64,000 nucleotides of DNA. Source: Octopus bimaculoides. Its lineage: Eukaryota. How positions within the stretch are numbered: the first letter of the stretch is position 1; each line of letters starts with the position of its first letter. Positions 39,961 to 52,280 of the stretch are shown one piece after another. The DNA lies in assembly GCF_001194135.2 (NCBI RefSeq), contig NC_069003.1:37356265-37420264 (forward strand). The letters are read 5' to 3'. The notes beneath the pieces are model-generated. The model ran no database searches and was not told the origin of the DNA. It was given only the letters and a program-made list of their open reading frames with translations. The position numbers and the translations under genes were made by a program.

Positions 39961-40491
39961 ATTAGGGAGTCGTCTGCATGGTTTTATGGAGCAATGTTAT
40001 CGGTATAAATATACGTTTGTGTGCGACGATAGTGTTTGTGTATCGAGCAGAGGGAGTACATGTATGCATGTGTGTGTGTACGGTGTGTATGAGCATGTTT
40101 ATATGTGTAGATGTGTGTAAATGTGTATTTGAGAGTGTGGAATTGGTAGAGGATGAGTGTGCTTGTGTATGTGCCAGCATGAATGTGTGTGTGTGTGTGT
40201 GTGTGTGTATTGTATACACAAGGCTACAGAGCTTATTGTAAAAGTGAGTGTATAAACGCGTGTTTATGTGAATGTGCTAGCAGGATATGTGAAATTTGAG
40301 TTAATGAGTGGGTGTATATATTTGTATAAATGGAATTGTATAGATTGTCATTTCAAGAACTGTTCGTTAAGAGGCATACATTTATACATGTATACACACA
40401 CATACGCGCGCACACAAACACACACACACATACAAATATAAGTACATAATCTAATCGTTATAATTATTGCTTATATACATATATATATATA

Positions 40492-40529
<38 letters not shown>

Positions 40530-40543
40530 AATATTTCTATTTG

Positions 40544-40645
<102 letters not shown>

Positions 40646-41362
40646 CATGTATATGTATGTATAACCCTTACGTGGAAATTTATAGTTTTATACAATTGGC
40701 TTTAGTTGGCAGATACACACTCACATATATAGTTATATATGTAAGGATGTGTTTCTCTATATTTGCGTCTCCCCTCCCCTAACCACCTGACAACCGGTGT
40801 CCATTAAATAAGTCCTGGGGTCAATTGGACTAAACTTTACAAGCCAGTGCTCCAGTATGGTCGCAGTACAACGACTGAAACAAGTATATATGCATCTTCA
40901 TATGTAGGCTGTGACCTCAGATAGAATGCCTGTTGGTATTTGAACTCACAACTCTGAGATCAGCTTTGTCTTTTATCTTTGCAGGGATCAACTAATAAAG
41001 TAGCAGTGATTCTTCTTGTTGCTAACTTTCTTTCTGGAAACCAATGGAATAAATATCTATTCTCTCACTTCTCTTATCTGATCAATTTACACACACACAC
41101 ACACACACACCTGTCTACACATGTGTATGTATGTACGCATATACGTATATAGTTGAAATTTACAGAAAAACAAAAGACAAAGACAGTGTATAAACAACAA
41201 GCAGGTGGATTGACACTTGGGAAGGTGAGAAAGTCTTTTACGTTTCGAGCCGACGCTCTTCAGCAGAAAGGAACGCAAGGAAATAAAGAGAGAGAGAGAA
41301 TAAAAAAAACTTGTAGACTGGTTGGAAAAAGGTAGTTGGACAGGAGAGCTAGGAAGAAGGGG

Positions 41363-41547
41363 NNNNNNNNNNNNNNNNNNNNNNNNNNNNNNNNNNNNNN
41401 NNNNNNNNNNNNNNNNNNNNNNNNNNNNNNNNNNNNNNNNNNNNNNNNNNNNNNNNNNNNNNNNNNNNNNNNNNNNNNNNNNNNNNNNNNNNNNNNNNNN
41501 NNNNNNNNNNNNNNNNNNNNNNNNNNNNNNNNNNNNNNNNNNNNNNN
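41363..41547. other. Assembly gap (N run)
   Basis: N characters. Confidence 1.
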
Positions 41548-41845
41548 CAAGTGAGACCATAACCCATGGCCTTTACCAGGGGTGTAGCCAGCCCACTTAT
41601 GCATACCTTTTCTTCTTTGGACACAAAACCCTGCTTGCGAAGACCTGTTGAGGCAAGTGAAATCGAAATCGAAATTGAACCAAATTCGATGACTGGCACC
41701 CATGCCAACCTTCCTTCATTGGACACGAAACTCAACTTGCGAAGACCTGTTGGGGCAAGTGAGATCGAAACTGAACCAAATTCGATGACTGGCACCCGTG
41801 ACAGTGGAGCGCTAACAGCACCATCCGAGGTGCTTTTTGTATGTG
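41548..41845 (+). mobile_element. RTE 3' UTR (S3) fragment with an internal tandem duplication of about 100 bp
   Basis: ttggacac...cttgcgaagacctgttg(a/g)ggcaagtga...gaaccaaattcgatgactggcacc occurs twice; it is the reverse complement of 28640-28760. Confidence 0.8.
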
Positions 41846-43435
41846 GCAGAGTTTATCAAGAATCAATGCGACTCTCTAATCTACGCTCTTTGAGCCTGGA
41901 TGATAAATAATTATTTGCTCTTAACATATTGGGCTTCTAAAACTCTTCGTCTAAGCCATGTTTTCTTTCCTTTTCCTTCTTCCTTTTGTTTATATTGGAT
42001 GCTCTTGTTTTTCACTCTGATGAAGATCGGTTGCTTTAATTCGAATGCCCCATGAAGACAAAGCATTTTGTTCTCGCATTTACGTATAGACGGCATTCTG
42101 GGAATCTGATTAGAAACAGCTGTTAGGTTTGTTATGTTTTGCATTGTATCAATAAACAAGCTTTAAAACGTGGTCCAATCGATGTGCTGGTTAATCTCTG
42201 CTTTTCTCCATTTTCTAATTATTTGCATTGGCTCCTGATAAACTTTTATTTATCTTAGTGTCACCTGTGCTCGACATATATGGTGTCCCTGCACACCATT
42301 GCCTGGGGATAACACAGTGCTTCCCCCTATTGGATTCCCAGACAGCTGTTTCTGGCTCTTGAGCCTTTCTCAATGGGAAATACTGAAAGGGAGATCATCT
42401 TGGGAAGATTCAAAACCATAGCTTTATCTAAAAACAGTGAACATCTTCATCACTGCTTGGTACTGTTTTCATTCTGACCAAGCAGTCCATGAGCGCAACG
42501 CAATCACTGGGGTGGGGGTGGGGGTGGTATTATCTGTGGTGCTAGCTTGTACAAGTGGAGTTTATGAGGAAGATGAGAGTGGTGATAATGGTAGTTATGG
42601 TGATGGTGATGGTGGTAATGATTGTAGCTATGATAGTTATAGAGCTAGTGGTAGAAGCGATTGTGGTAGCTATGGTGTTAGTGTTGATACTGGTGACTGG
42701 AAACAGTGTTGGTCAACTTGTTGATTGGCCAACTTACCCTTTTCTTGTTGGCAACGTGCCATCTTGGAAGGTGTCCATTACAAATGTTCCTAGCATTCTC
42801 AGGACAGTTATTTCAGTAAAGAGATGATGATGATGATGATGGTGATGGTGGTGGTGGTGATGGAGTAGATTTATTTCATTTTGTTGCTTTTATTACTGTT
42901 ATTGGTGTCTTGTTTAATGTGTCGAGTTGGCAGAATTGCTAGCATGTTGGCCAAAATGCTTAGTGCTATTTGTTCTGAGTTCAAATTCAGCTACGGTTGA
43001 CTTTGTATTTTTATTCTTTTAGGGTTAATAAGTAGCAGTCAAGAACTGGGGGTGTGGGGAAACGATGCCATTGACTTCCTCTCTCCTCAAAATTGCTGGT
43101 CTTGGGTCAAAGTAAAAAAAGAAGGATCGTTATTGCTGTTGCCTGGATGATTTTTGTCCCAGACATGGCTGTATGGTTAAGAAGCTCACTTTGCAACCCC
43201 AGTGGTTTCAGGTTCAGTCCCACTGCATCGCACACTGGGGGAGCAAGTGTCTTCCATTATATCCCCAGACCAACCAATACCTTGTGAGTAGACGAAAACT
43301 GTCTGGAAACCCATCATATATATATGTAACTTTGTGTTTGTATTTTCCTGCTCTTACTGCTTGACGACTGGTGGTGGTTTGTTTATGTCCCCATAACTTA
43401 GCAGTTCATCAAAAATGATCAACAGAATAAATATC

Positions 43436-44019
43436 GGATCTTTTTTAAAACGGGGGCCACATTTTTCATTAACGAAACACTTTGAAACTTGGAACACTGG
43501 TAGAATGTGTCATATAAAACATCTTTTTCTCTTAGTCTTCTTAAAAAAAAAAGAAATCCATAAATTATTCCATGTTAAAGTTGTCGTATTTCTGTAATTT
43601 CAACCAATCACTGACGTCCATTCAGCCGATATACATTAAGTGCCGACTACATAAACAAACGATTCTGAAACAATTAACCCTAACCCTAACTCTAACTCTA
43701 ACCCTAACCCTAACCCTAGGGTTAGGGTTAGGGTTAAGGTTAGGGTTAAAGCAAATTTAAAATGAAAAAAGCAAATAAAACGAAGAATCGTTTGTTTATG
43801 TAGTCGGCACTTAATGTATATCGGCTGAATGGACGTCAGTGATTGGTTGAAATTATCGAAATAAGACAATTTTTTACATGAAATAAATTCGAATACAAAA
43901 ATATTTTTCTGTTCTATAACACAAAATAGATAAGTATACGAAGTTTGAAAGTCTTTCGGTACCAAAAACACTACGTAAAACATTAATGAAAAATGTGGCC
44001 CCCGTTTTAAAAAAGATCC
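43436..44019. mobile_element. Palindromic MITE (584 bp), Merlin-like by structure
   Basis: 37-bp perfect TIRs ggatcttttttaaaacgggggccacatttttcattaa. 8-bp target duplication taaatatc (43428-43435) / taagtatc (44020-44027). A second perfect 72-bp internal inverted repeat (43595-43666 / 43784-43855). GG termini plus an 8-bp TSD fit Merlin. Confidence 0.8.
43674..43749. repeat. Inverted telomeric-type repeat (CCCTAA)n-(TTAGGG)n at the MITE centre
   Basis: ttaaccctaaccctaactctaactctaaccctaaccctaaccctagggttagggttagggttaaggttagggttaa; symmetry axis at 43717/43718. Confidence 0.95.
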
Positions 44020-44511
44020 TAAGTATCACACTTTAAAAAGTACGGGGATCGATTTGTTTGAGTAAACTCATGAAGGTAGTGCTCCAGCATGGCTGCAGTC
44101 AGTCCAATGACTGAAACAAGTAAAAGATAAAACACAGGATCCAAACAATATATCTCTTTCATCTTTTATTTTTTTACTTGTTTCAGTCATTAGACTGCGG
44201 CCACACTGGGGCACCGCCTTGAAGAATTTTATTTGAATGAATCGATCCCACTATTTATATCTTTTTCAGCATGGTACTTATTCTATCAGTCTTTTTTGCT
44301 GAATTGCTCAGTAATGGGAACAGAAATGCACCAACACCAGTTCTCAAGTGGTGGGGCGGGAGACAAACACAGACACAAAGACATACACACACACACATGT
44401 GTATTAATATATACATGTGTGTGTGTGTGCATGTTTATATTTATATATATAAAAGAGAGATTCTGTCCGTCTGCATGTTTCAATTCTCCTTGGGCATACA
44501 GCCTATTCAAA

Positions 44512-45219
44512 TCTCAAAAAAAAACATGACAAATGGGTCTTCCACTTCACCTGTAGCCTTCTCAGAGCCATCGTACAGTCGTCACCTGGATTCCCTAAAG
44601 CTATTTTTCTAGCGCCATTCACGATATACCACCTATTCAAACATCAAAAGGAAGAGTGATAAATGGGTCTTCCACTTGACCTGTGCCATCGTAGTCCCCT
44701 GGATTCCGTAAAGCTATTCTTCTATATGATATACCCATTTTTCTAGCTTTTTGGTTCTGATACGAGCATTAATAAAAGTCAGGGCCAAACACTAAAAGTT
44801 ACTGGATGACAACTTGAAGAACAAACAGAAATTTGTAGATGAAACCCGTCTTTTTTCTACTCCAATTATGACATGTTTTTCCCTTATACACACATACAGG
44901 ATGAGTAAACCTAAATCTGACTGACAGGACACAGCATTTGTCTTTTCATTTCACTATTACTGATATTCTTAATCAAAAAAATGTCTACTAAAAAAAGACC
45001 GTCAAAAAACGAACACCAAACAAACGCACGAAGACGTGCAATGCTTTTTCTGCACAAACACTGATGTTGCCCTTCACCTGCAGCCTTTTCAGTGCCGTTG
45101 CAATCAAATGGATTCTGTAAAGCTATTCCTCTACTATATGATAGATCCACTTTTCTAGTTTTTCAGCCTGAGAAACAGTAAAAGTAATCACCCAATCAAC
45201 GATGGGTGATTATTGCTAG
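44512..45219 (+). repeat. Three diverged copies of a 90-130 bp unit, ending in a hairpin plus CTAG (possible non-autonomous Helitron 3' part)
   Basis: c(t)tcacctg...cc...ggattc..taaagctatt occurs near 44546, 44676 and 45072. A 10-bp stem taatcaccca/tgggtgatta (45185-45212) is followed by CTAG|T at 45216-45220. Confidence 0.4.
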
Positions 45220-45729
45220 TATATTAATCGAATTGGTTTTATTAGTTACCTATTTGAAAATATAGCCATGAAACGTGCATAGTCATTTTTATACCATTTA
45301 CTAGTTATTCTTTTATGTACTTTATTGATTTTTAGAATAAGGTTTTTTTTATATATTAGTTTCTGGAATTACATTTGTGTGCTTATTGTTCATCCGATCA
45401 TGCTGAAATTTTAAGCATGGATACATGAGAGAGCAGGGAATTCCGTAATCTAAAAAGATTTTCAAAGTGAGAATTGCTATTTTCGTAATCTTTTTGTTCT
45501 ATTTCTTCTGCCATGTTGTTCATTAAAAGCAACGAGTTGCTCAAACAGCCGGCACATATCATTTCGCTGTCAACAAGGGGAGTACAGGATGATCGTCAGC
45601 CAAAACTGTCGCTATATTATTTCTCTTCTTTCCTCTCTCATTAAACTTTCTTCCTCTTCATACATAACTTGTGGGAGAGTACATGGTAATTCTCAGACAG
45701 AATCAGCATGATACAGTGTGTTAAGAACG

Positions 45730-45796
45730 GTGTGACAAGGATGTGACAAAAGTGTGACAAGTGTGTGAAAATGTGTGACAAGGATATGACAAGGGG
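45730..45796. repeat. Short imperfect minisatellite (tgtgacaag-like, 11-12 bp, about 6 units)
   Basis: gtgtgacaaggatgtgacaaaagtgtgacaagtgtgtgaaaatgtgtgacaaggatatgacaagggg. Confidence 0.8.
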
Positions 45797-47340
45797 CTTT
45801 TGTACAGTTTTCTCCTACTCGATTTCATTAACAAGGTCTGGGTTGGCCCCAAACTACAGAATATAATGACATTTTCCCCAAGATGCACACAGTGGGAATT
45901 CCAGAGGGTAATTGTTGCTTGGGCCAAGTTTTTTGTGTCAGAATCAGGAGTGGGAGAAAATCTGAACTTCAACCACCGCCGCCACAAAGTCGCTCAGAGA
46001 ATTCATCTTCATTTCGAAAAGGAATCAAATACTCAAAAGGCCGAGGATAAAAAAAAAAGAGGTTCCTTACCACGTACGCACACAAAGACGGATGATGAAT
46101 ACTAATAAGAACGCTAAACGGACGATTAAATAAGCATGTCTGTGATCCAAGACGTTTCAGCCATAATAATTCTGTCATTTTGTTAAAAAAAAAAGTTCGG
46201 ATATGATTCGTGAGAGATTTTGCTGTTATTTCTAGTAGGTCGAGCGACCACGGAAATTCGGAAATTTGACTCTTTGGTCTAACCTGCCCAGCTAAGACCA
46301 TCCACCTTTTATTTAGACATACATTGTGTATCATTAACTACATTGTCGGTAGGGTGCGATTTAAAGAAAATTTGGCTGCTATTTCTAGCAAGTAAACCTA
46401 GCGCGTAGAGGATTTTCATACTGGATCAAAGAAATGAAAATAAGCCTCATTTTGGTGAAGTAAGAGATATAATGAAAGGGAAAACTTCTATGCGTCGTTT
46501 GACATGCTGGAAATAGCAGTCAAATCTCCTTCAAACTCTTAAAATAAAATAAAAACTGTTGTAGACTTTCAAATCAATCATTATCGAGCAAGTCTATAAT
46601 GAATATCCTTTTCTAATAGTATGCTGGAGCACGCTACCGAGTGTCTATTCTTCATTTAGACTTGTATCACGTGATTTGAATGAAATTTGACTGCTATTTC
46701 CAGCGATCGCATAGATCTTGCCGTACTGGTTTGTATGCAAGGGAGATAACTAATGCGGGAGAGTTATGTCCCTTCACCACGTGCTAACAACAGCCGCCGC
46801 ATCACCCGAGGAATGGTACGCCGCCGCCGCCGTCTCTTTGACAGTAACATCATCATCAATAACAACAGAGAGCAGCGCCGTCTGCAACTTTTTCAGCCTC
46901 CTCCACCACCTTCCGCTATAAAACTATCTCAGGAGCGAAATAGCAAGAAAATCCCTTATATATTTACATATACCCATACATATATATATATATATACGTG
47001 TACGTATTATATATATATATACATGTATATATATATATATATCTGTATATGCAGAAGTGAGCAATCAACATTAAAACTTCAGTTTACGTTTAAATTACGT
47101 AGATCATCTCTTTAGTGTTTCGGAACAACCTTTTTTTTTTTTTTCAACTCACCAACACTTCTTTCCTCCAGAAATATATGTATATGTAAATATATATTTA
47201 TATATATTTACTTTATTCGCCACACATACGTACAGATACACACTCTCACACACACATATACATACACACACACACATATATATATTTGATATATATTTAT
47301 CTACATATATTATACATTAGAGAAAGTGACCACCAACAAC

Positions 47341-47366
47341 ATGCAGCAGCCGTCGGCAAAGAATGG
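47341..47366 (+). CDS. ERICH3: ERICH3-like, coding exon 1 (MQQPSAKN-G, phase 2)
   Basis: caacaacATG...aatgg|GTAAGT, a consensus donor. The 8 codons plus 2 nt restore the frame of exon 2 and mirror the short MSHSHPAG start of vertebrate ERICH3. Confidence 0.7.
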
Positions 47367-47949
47367 GTAAGTGTCTCATCACATCCACCACCACCACCTC
47401 TACCACAAGCAGTACCATCATCATCATCATCACTAGACATCTTCTTTCCCCACCGTCATTCATTCACCCAACACGAATGTCACCGCCACCGCCACCCCTA
47501 CCCCCGTATCCTACCCTCTTCACAAACCAACTCCACTTCGCCCCCCATCAAAAATAAATGAATGGACTGACACTTTGGATAATGCAGTCCTGGGTAGACT
47601 GTCTGAATAAAAGATAGGAGTGTCATGGCTGGAACGCCTTTCATCACTGGTTGGACTATTGTTGATAGGAAACTAAACAATATCTTCAAACATTCAGTGA
47701 ATATCTTTTATTCAAACAACCACAAATTAATATTTGTCTTCCAATTTATTTTATTAATTTATGTTTTTATTGAAGTCAGTTTTTTATTTTATTTTATATT
47801 GTCGTTGTTGTAATGGAGGCGGTTACACTTTCTTCCTTTTTAGCGTCTCAACTTTCTCCTTCTCTTCTCTAATATATTTTCATCTTTTACTTCTACTCTC
47901 GTGTTTCCCTTCTCTTTCTCCCTCTTATTTCTACATCTCTCTTTTCCCC

Positions 47950-48004
<55 letters not shown>

Positions 48005-48245
48005 ATCTCATTCTATTCTTCTCACTCTTTTCTTTCTCTCTCTGTTCTCTTACTCTTTTCCTTCTCTCTTCCCCTTTATCTCCATTCCCACTTCATTCAC
48101 CACTGACCACTAACAAGGACGACAGATTGTCAAACAGATAGGTAGATCGATAGAAAGATAGATAAATCGATATAAAAATATATATCGTCAATGTATCGTT
48201 GAAAAGAAGCACACGCTAAAGCAAAGAGCAGTAATGTATTAAAAC

Positions 48246-48473
48246 TGAGTCTGTCCGGTCATACTGACCAATGGTTCGCATCTGCAAAGGCTAGAGCCTC
48301 GTGGACATCTCGTCAGACCCGAAAGTCGAAGACAAAGGTAACTCTTCACCTCTGCGAGGACCTCCCCGCCCCCGAGGTGAAGAGTTACCTTTGTCTTCGG
48401 CTTTAGTGTCCACAAGGCTAAAACCATTGTGGATGCGGAACCATTGGTCACTTTATGACCGGACATAGACTCA
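48246..48473. mobile_element. Foldback/hairpin MITE-like element (228 bp)
   Basis: The whole element is an imperfect palindrome tgagtc...gactca. Core arms 48322-48352 and 48374-48404 pair at 30/31. Confidence 0.75.
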
Positions 48474-48584
48474 ATTACTTTGCGAAAGTAAAGAATACGT
48501 ACACCCGGTGTTTAGGGTTAGGGTTTTTGTTGCGCTGAAGACGGGTGGTGAACGAATTCTTTATCTCCGCCCAATTACTTTTAC

Positions 48585-48636
<52 letters not shown>

Positions 48637-48843
48637 NNNNNNNNNNNNNNNNNNNNNNNNNNNNNNNNNNNNNNNNNNNNNNNNNNNNNNNNNNNNNNNN
48701 NNNNNNNNNNNNNNNNNNNNNNNNNNNNNNNNNNNNNNNNNNNNNNNNNNNNNNNNNNNNNNNNNNNNNNNNNNNNNNNNNNNNNNNNNNNNNNNNNNNN
48801 NNNNNNNNNNNNNNNNNNNNNNNNNNNNNNNNNNNNNNNNNNN
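48637..48843. other. Assembly gap (N run)
   Basis: N characters. Confidence 1.
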
Positions 48844-50427
48844 AGAGAGAGAGAGAGAGAGAGATGGTTGAGGGTATGACTAATTTACTTGCACCATCTC
48901 TCGCCAGTGAAAATCATTTAAAGTAACGATTTATTTGGAAGAACATTTCCAGGCCGAAACGGTTTGTCTGGAATTTTAAAGTGACAACATGACGCTTGGG
49001 TTGTTTAAATTATTGAATAACAAATTAAATGGCCTGATTGAGAGTCGGTGAATTTTTAATAGGCTGTTTTTAGATTGGATTCTGAATTTTGCAAAGGATT
49101 GCATATTCTGCGAGATGCCCGCTCCAAAAAGTTTTAAAAACTGATCTCGTATATAATTTGAGTAGTGTTTTGTGGTATCTGTTTTCTGTGTTCTGAATGT
49201 TAAGAAATATTGGCGGTTCCATAAAAGAAGAATAGAAACCTAATTCCTTTATATGGTCCCAAGAAGAATTGTGTTCTTACACTTTGACTCAAGTTTTATC
49301 TTGCTGATCAAAATTTGACTAGAGTTTGTTGATAAACTATTTCATAATTTATTAGAAATAGAGCGAACAACAATCTCTAAAAGAACAATAGTTCTCCTTT
49401 TGCTTTTTTTCTCCCTCAAATTGCTACTTAAAATGTCTAATAGAAATTTTACGACGTTGAAACTGGAATATTTCATTTATTCAGAAACGGTAAACATCTC
49501 GATTAAATATATAGAAAGCTACATAAAACTTGATTCAGTTAGATCTATTTTAACCTATAAATCCAATTTATTCTCTGTCTTATTAGACACAGAAATCATC
49601 TTCCTTCTATATGTATCCACTGGATTTTTTGAAACAGCTTTTTTTAACAGCTTCTGGAGTGGCGTTCCACTGCAGTCACTTCTGCCTTCTGTATTCAGTG
49701 GAAGTTAAAATTGGAGTTGGAATTCATTATAGTTTTAAATAAACGAGTCACTTGATTTCATAGGAATGCAAACGCCTAAGCCCGCATGCTCCGTCACATT
49801 CATTCTCTCTACTCACATCCCATTTATCTCATATATCCTTCACTACAAATTCTCCGCATCTTTTGAGCCTTTCCTCACAACTGATCCTCTCTCTATCTTC
49901 ACCATAAAATCTCCTTCCAAACTCTTTGTATTAACTGCAGTGAGTGTGAGTGTATTCATTCCGTCTCTCTGCGCTACGATTTCAAATGCCTTTCATTCTT
50001 TCGGGGTCGATAAATAAATTACCAGTGCAGTACAGCCCTCCGCCCTTCAGTTATCACATCTTGGATGTCCGTTAGGTCAGGGTCGAGAGATGTCTGTGTC
50101 TGCTCACGATTACTCGGGCACCTGAAACCTTTGCAGAAAGTATGCGACGTTTATATTACGTCAGCCTCGGCTGCGACGATAAACACAGGAGTTATATAAA
50201 TATATATATCTATATCTATATATATATATATCTATATATATATATATATATATATATATTAGCGAGGATTTCGAGAGGCTGAGGACAAAGACACTTTTGG
50301 TGTCTCCATCTTCATCAATACATCTGATAGACCTAAGGAAATTTGCAACCCTTAATATTTGCACCCGGAGTCGTTTAGTATATATTTATTCAGAACCTTT
50401 TTCTTAGGATCTTCACTGTTATATATA

Positions 50428-51815
50428 TCACCTTGATCGACCGGACTGTCGGGCGTCATTTCGACAGTCCGGTGGTCACAGAATGCCGTCCATTCCTCTC
50501 TGGGTTGTGCCTTCCTCATCTATGTAGCTCCAAGCGCTTATTTCGTCAACTCACCGTTTTGGAGGCCTTCCGAGTGACCTCTTCCGCTGGCGCGGATACC
50601 ACTCGACAACAGCGAATCCACTGTTTAGCGGTGCACCGAGTGACGTGTCCGGCCCATCTGAACTTCTGCATTCAGTGATGATGTCTCCCACACCAGATTT
50701 CTCTCTGATCGCTTTGCTCCGGATGTGTTCTTTCAGTGACACTCCCAGCATCGATCTTTCGATAGCTCTTTGAGCAGTTACCATCCTCTGCTCCTCTCTC
50801 TCTCTCTCTCTCTTCGTCGTGGTCCAGGTTTCGCTTCCGTATAAAATTGCAGGTAAAACCGTGCTGCTAAAGAGGTTGGTGCGAGTGGCCATATCCAGCT
50901 TTCTTTTGAGCGTTCCATCCAGCCCTTATTCTCCACGGGATCTCCTCCATGTCTCGGCGCATATTTATCTCTTGTCCAAGGTAGACGTATTCCTCCACCT
51001 CCTTTCTTTCATCGTCTCCAAGCATTATTCGGTCTCTTACTGAATATTCGGACTGCATGAACTTAATTTTCATGCGGTTCGTTTTTCGGCCTACTTCCGA
51101 GTTTTTCTAATGTCCAGCTCCGTCAGCATGGTCTGCAGCTGATCTGTTGTCTTGGCGACGGGCACGATGTCGTCAGCGAAACGGAGGTGGGTTAATGGCT
51201 CGCTGTCGATGTTCACGCCACGTCGCTATCTATTCGAGACACGCGGTGAAGAGTTTCGGAGAGATGGTGCCTCCTTCTCCACCGGGACTCTTATGGGTGA
51301 CGACAACAGAGATGTGTCGGTGGTACATCCAGAATTCGTCTCTTGCAGAAGTTGAATCCTTGCTTCTCCAACGACTTCAGCACTTCATTGATCTCGACGC
51401 TGTCGAAGGCCTTCACATCGTCCACAAACGCGACGCACAGACGTAGTCTGTATTCCTTCACTCGTTCCAGTAATTGGATCAGAATGAATATATGATCCAT
51501 CGTGCTGTAGTTTTCCCGAAAGCCTGCTTCTTCCCTTAGTTGTAGTTCATCTAGATGTTGTGATAAATAGGTTTAGGATTATCTTCGTGGGGGCAAGAGG
51601 CATTATGGGACGATAGTTCTTCATAACTTCGCTGTCTCCTTTGTTGTACAGCAGGACGGTTTTCCACTCTTTTCCATTACGATGGTATTTTCCTTTTGTT
51701 CAGATAGTGACTAAATCGTTCGGCGAGGATTTTCCAGGGTTCAACAGTCCAGATGTTGTGCCATCTTGCCCTGTGCTTTTCCATTTTTCACCAAATTGAT
51801 GGTCATTCGTCTATA
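50428..51815 (-). mobile_element. 5'-truncated, frameshifted RTE LINE (RTE-1-like; distinct from the 29551 family)
   Basis: Peptides MDHIFILIQLLERVKEYRLRLCVAFVDDVKAFDSVE, EEVEEYVYLGQEIN and LFSSTVLPAILYGSETWTTTK...RMVTAQRAIERSMLGVSLKEHIRS...KRSLGRPPKR. A 12-bp 3' stem-loop lies at 50440-50473. Confidence 0.92.
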
Positions 51816-52192
51816 ACATTATACACTTTAATACATCCACTCGATTGACAAATATTGAAGTGCAAATTTTACGTGACCTATGTATTCTGATGACTCTCTC
51901 TCTAAATCTACATGTGTGTGTGTGTGTGTGTATAATGTGTGTATGTATATCTATATATACGTGCGTATATATACATGTGTTTACACTCACATCCATGTAC
52001 ACACATTCTTATGAAACCGTTATTTCTTAACGCCCTCTCCTTTAACTCTCTCTCTCTTCACCACTTCCGTCAACGAACTTCTACGCTTTGTACGATTTAC
52101 TAGAAATAGAAGCCAAATCTTCTACAAACTAGACCCAACAGTCTTAAAATGAAAAAAAGTAGAGTATAATTTGTTAGTGTAGACCAAAATAG

Positions 52193-52280
52193 GATTTGAC
52201 GGGCAACACTTGAAGTATTCGAAGTTTGAAAGTGTTTCGGTACCAAAAACACTACATAAAAAAATGTTGCCCGTCAAATC
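52193..52280. mobile_element. 88-bp mini-MITE sharing internal sequence with the 43436 element
   Basis: 16-bp perfect inverted repeat gatttgacgggcaaca (52193-52208 / 52265-52280). Internal 52221-52261 matches 43940-43980 at 39/41. Confidence 0.65.

Larger units (their letters stand above)
43160..44131 (+). mobile_element. SINE S2 split by a MITE insertion (parts 43160-43435 and 44020-44131)
   Basis: The S2 sequence ...acagaataa(a/g)tatc resumes after the insertion and runs on to ...ccagcatggctgcagtc...atgactgaaacaagtaaaag. Confidence 0.75.

Noticed and set aside
43674-43749. Ancient chromosome end-to-end fusion site
   Set aside because: The orientation is CCCTAA then TTAGGG (opposite to a fusion), the array is short, and it sits at the centre of a TSD-flanked transposon.
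45800-46130. 101-aa ORF / possible L1-Tx1 zf-RVT remnant (WEKI*...SLREFIF)
   Set aside because: Similarity is too weak to call without a search.
46750-46960. ERICH3-like core promoter (GCC-rich tract, TATAAAA near 46917, X-box-like motifs)
   Set aside because: Plausible, but the motifs are short or imperfect and expected by chance in AT-rich DNA; no TSS evidence.
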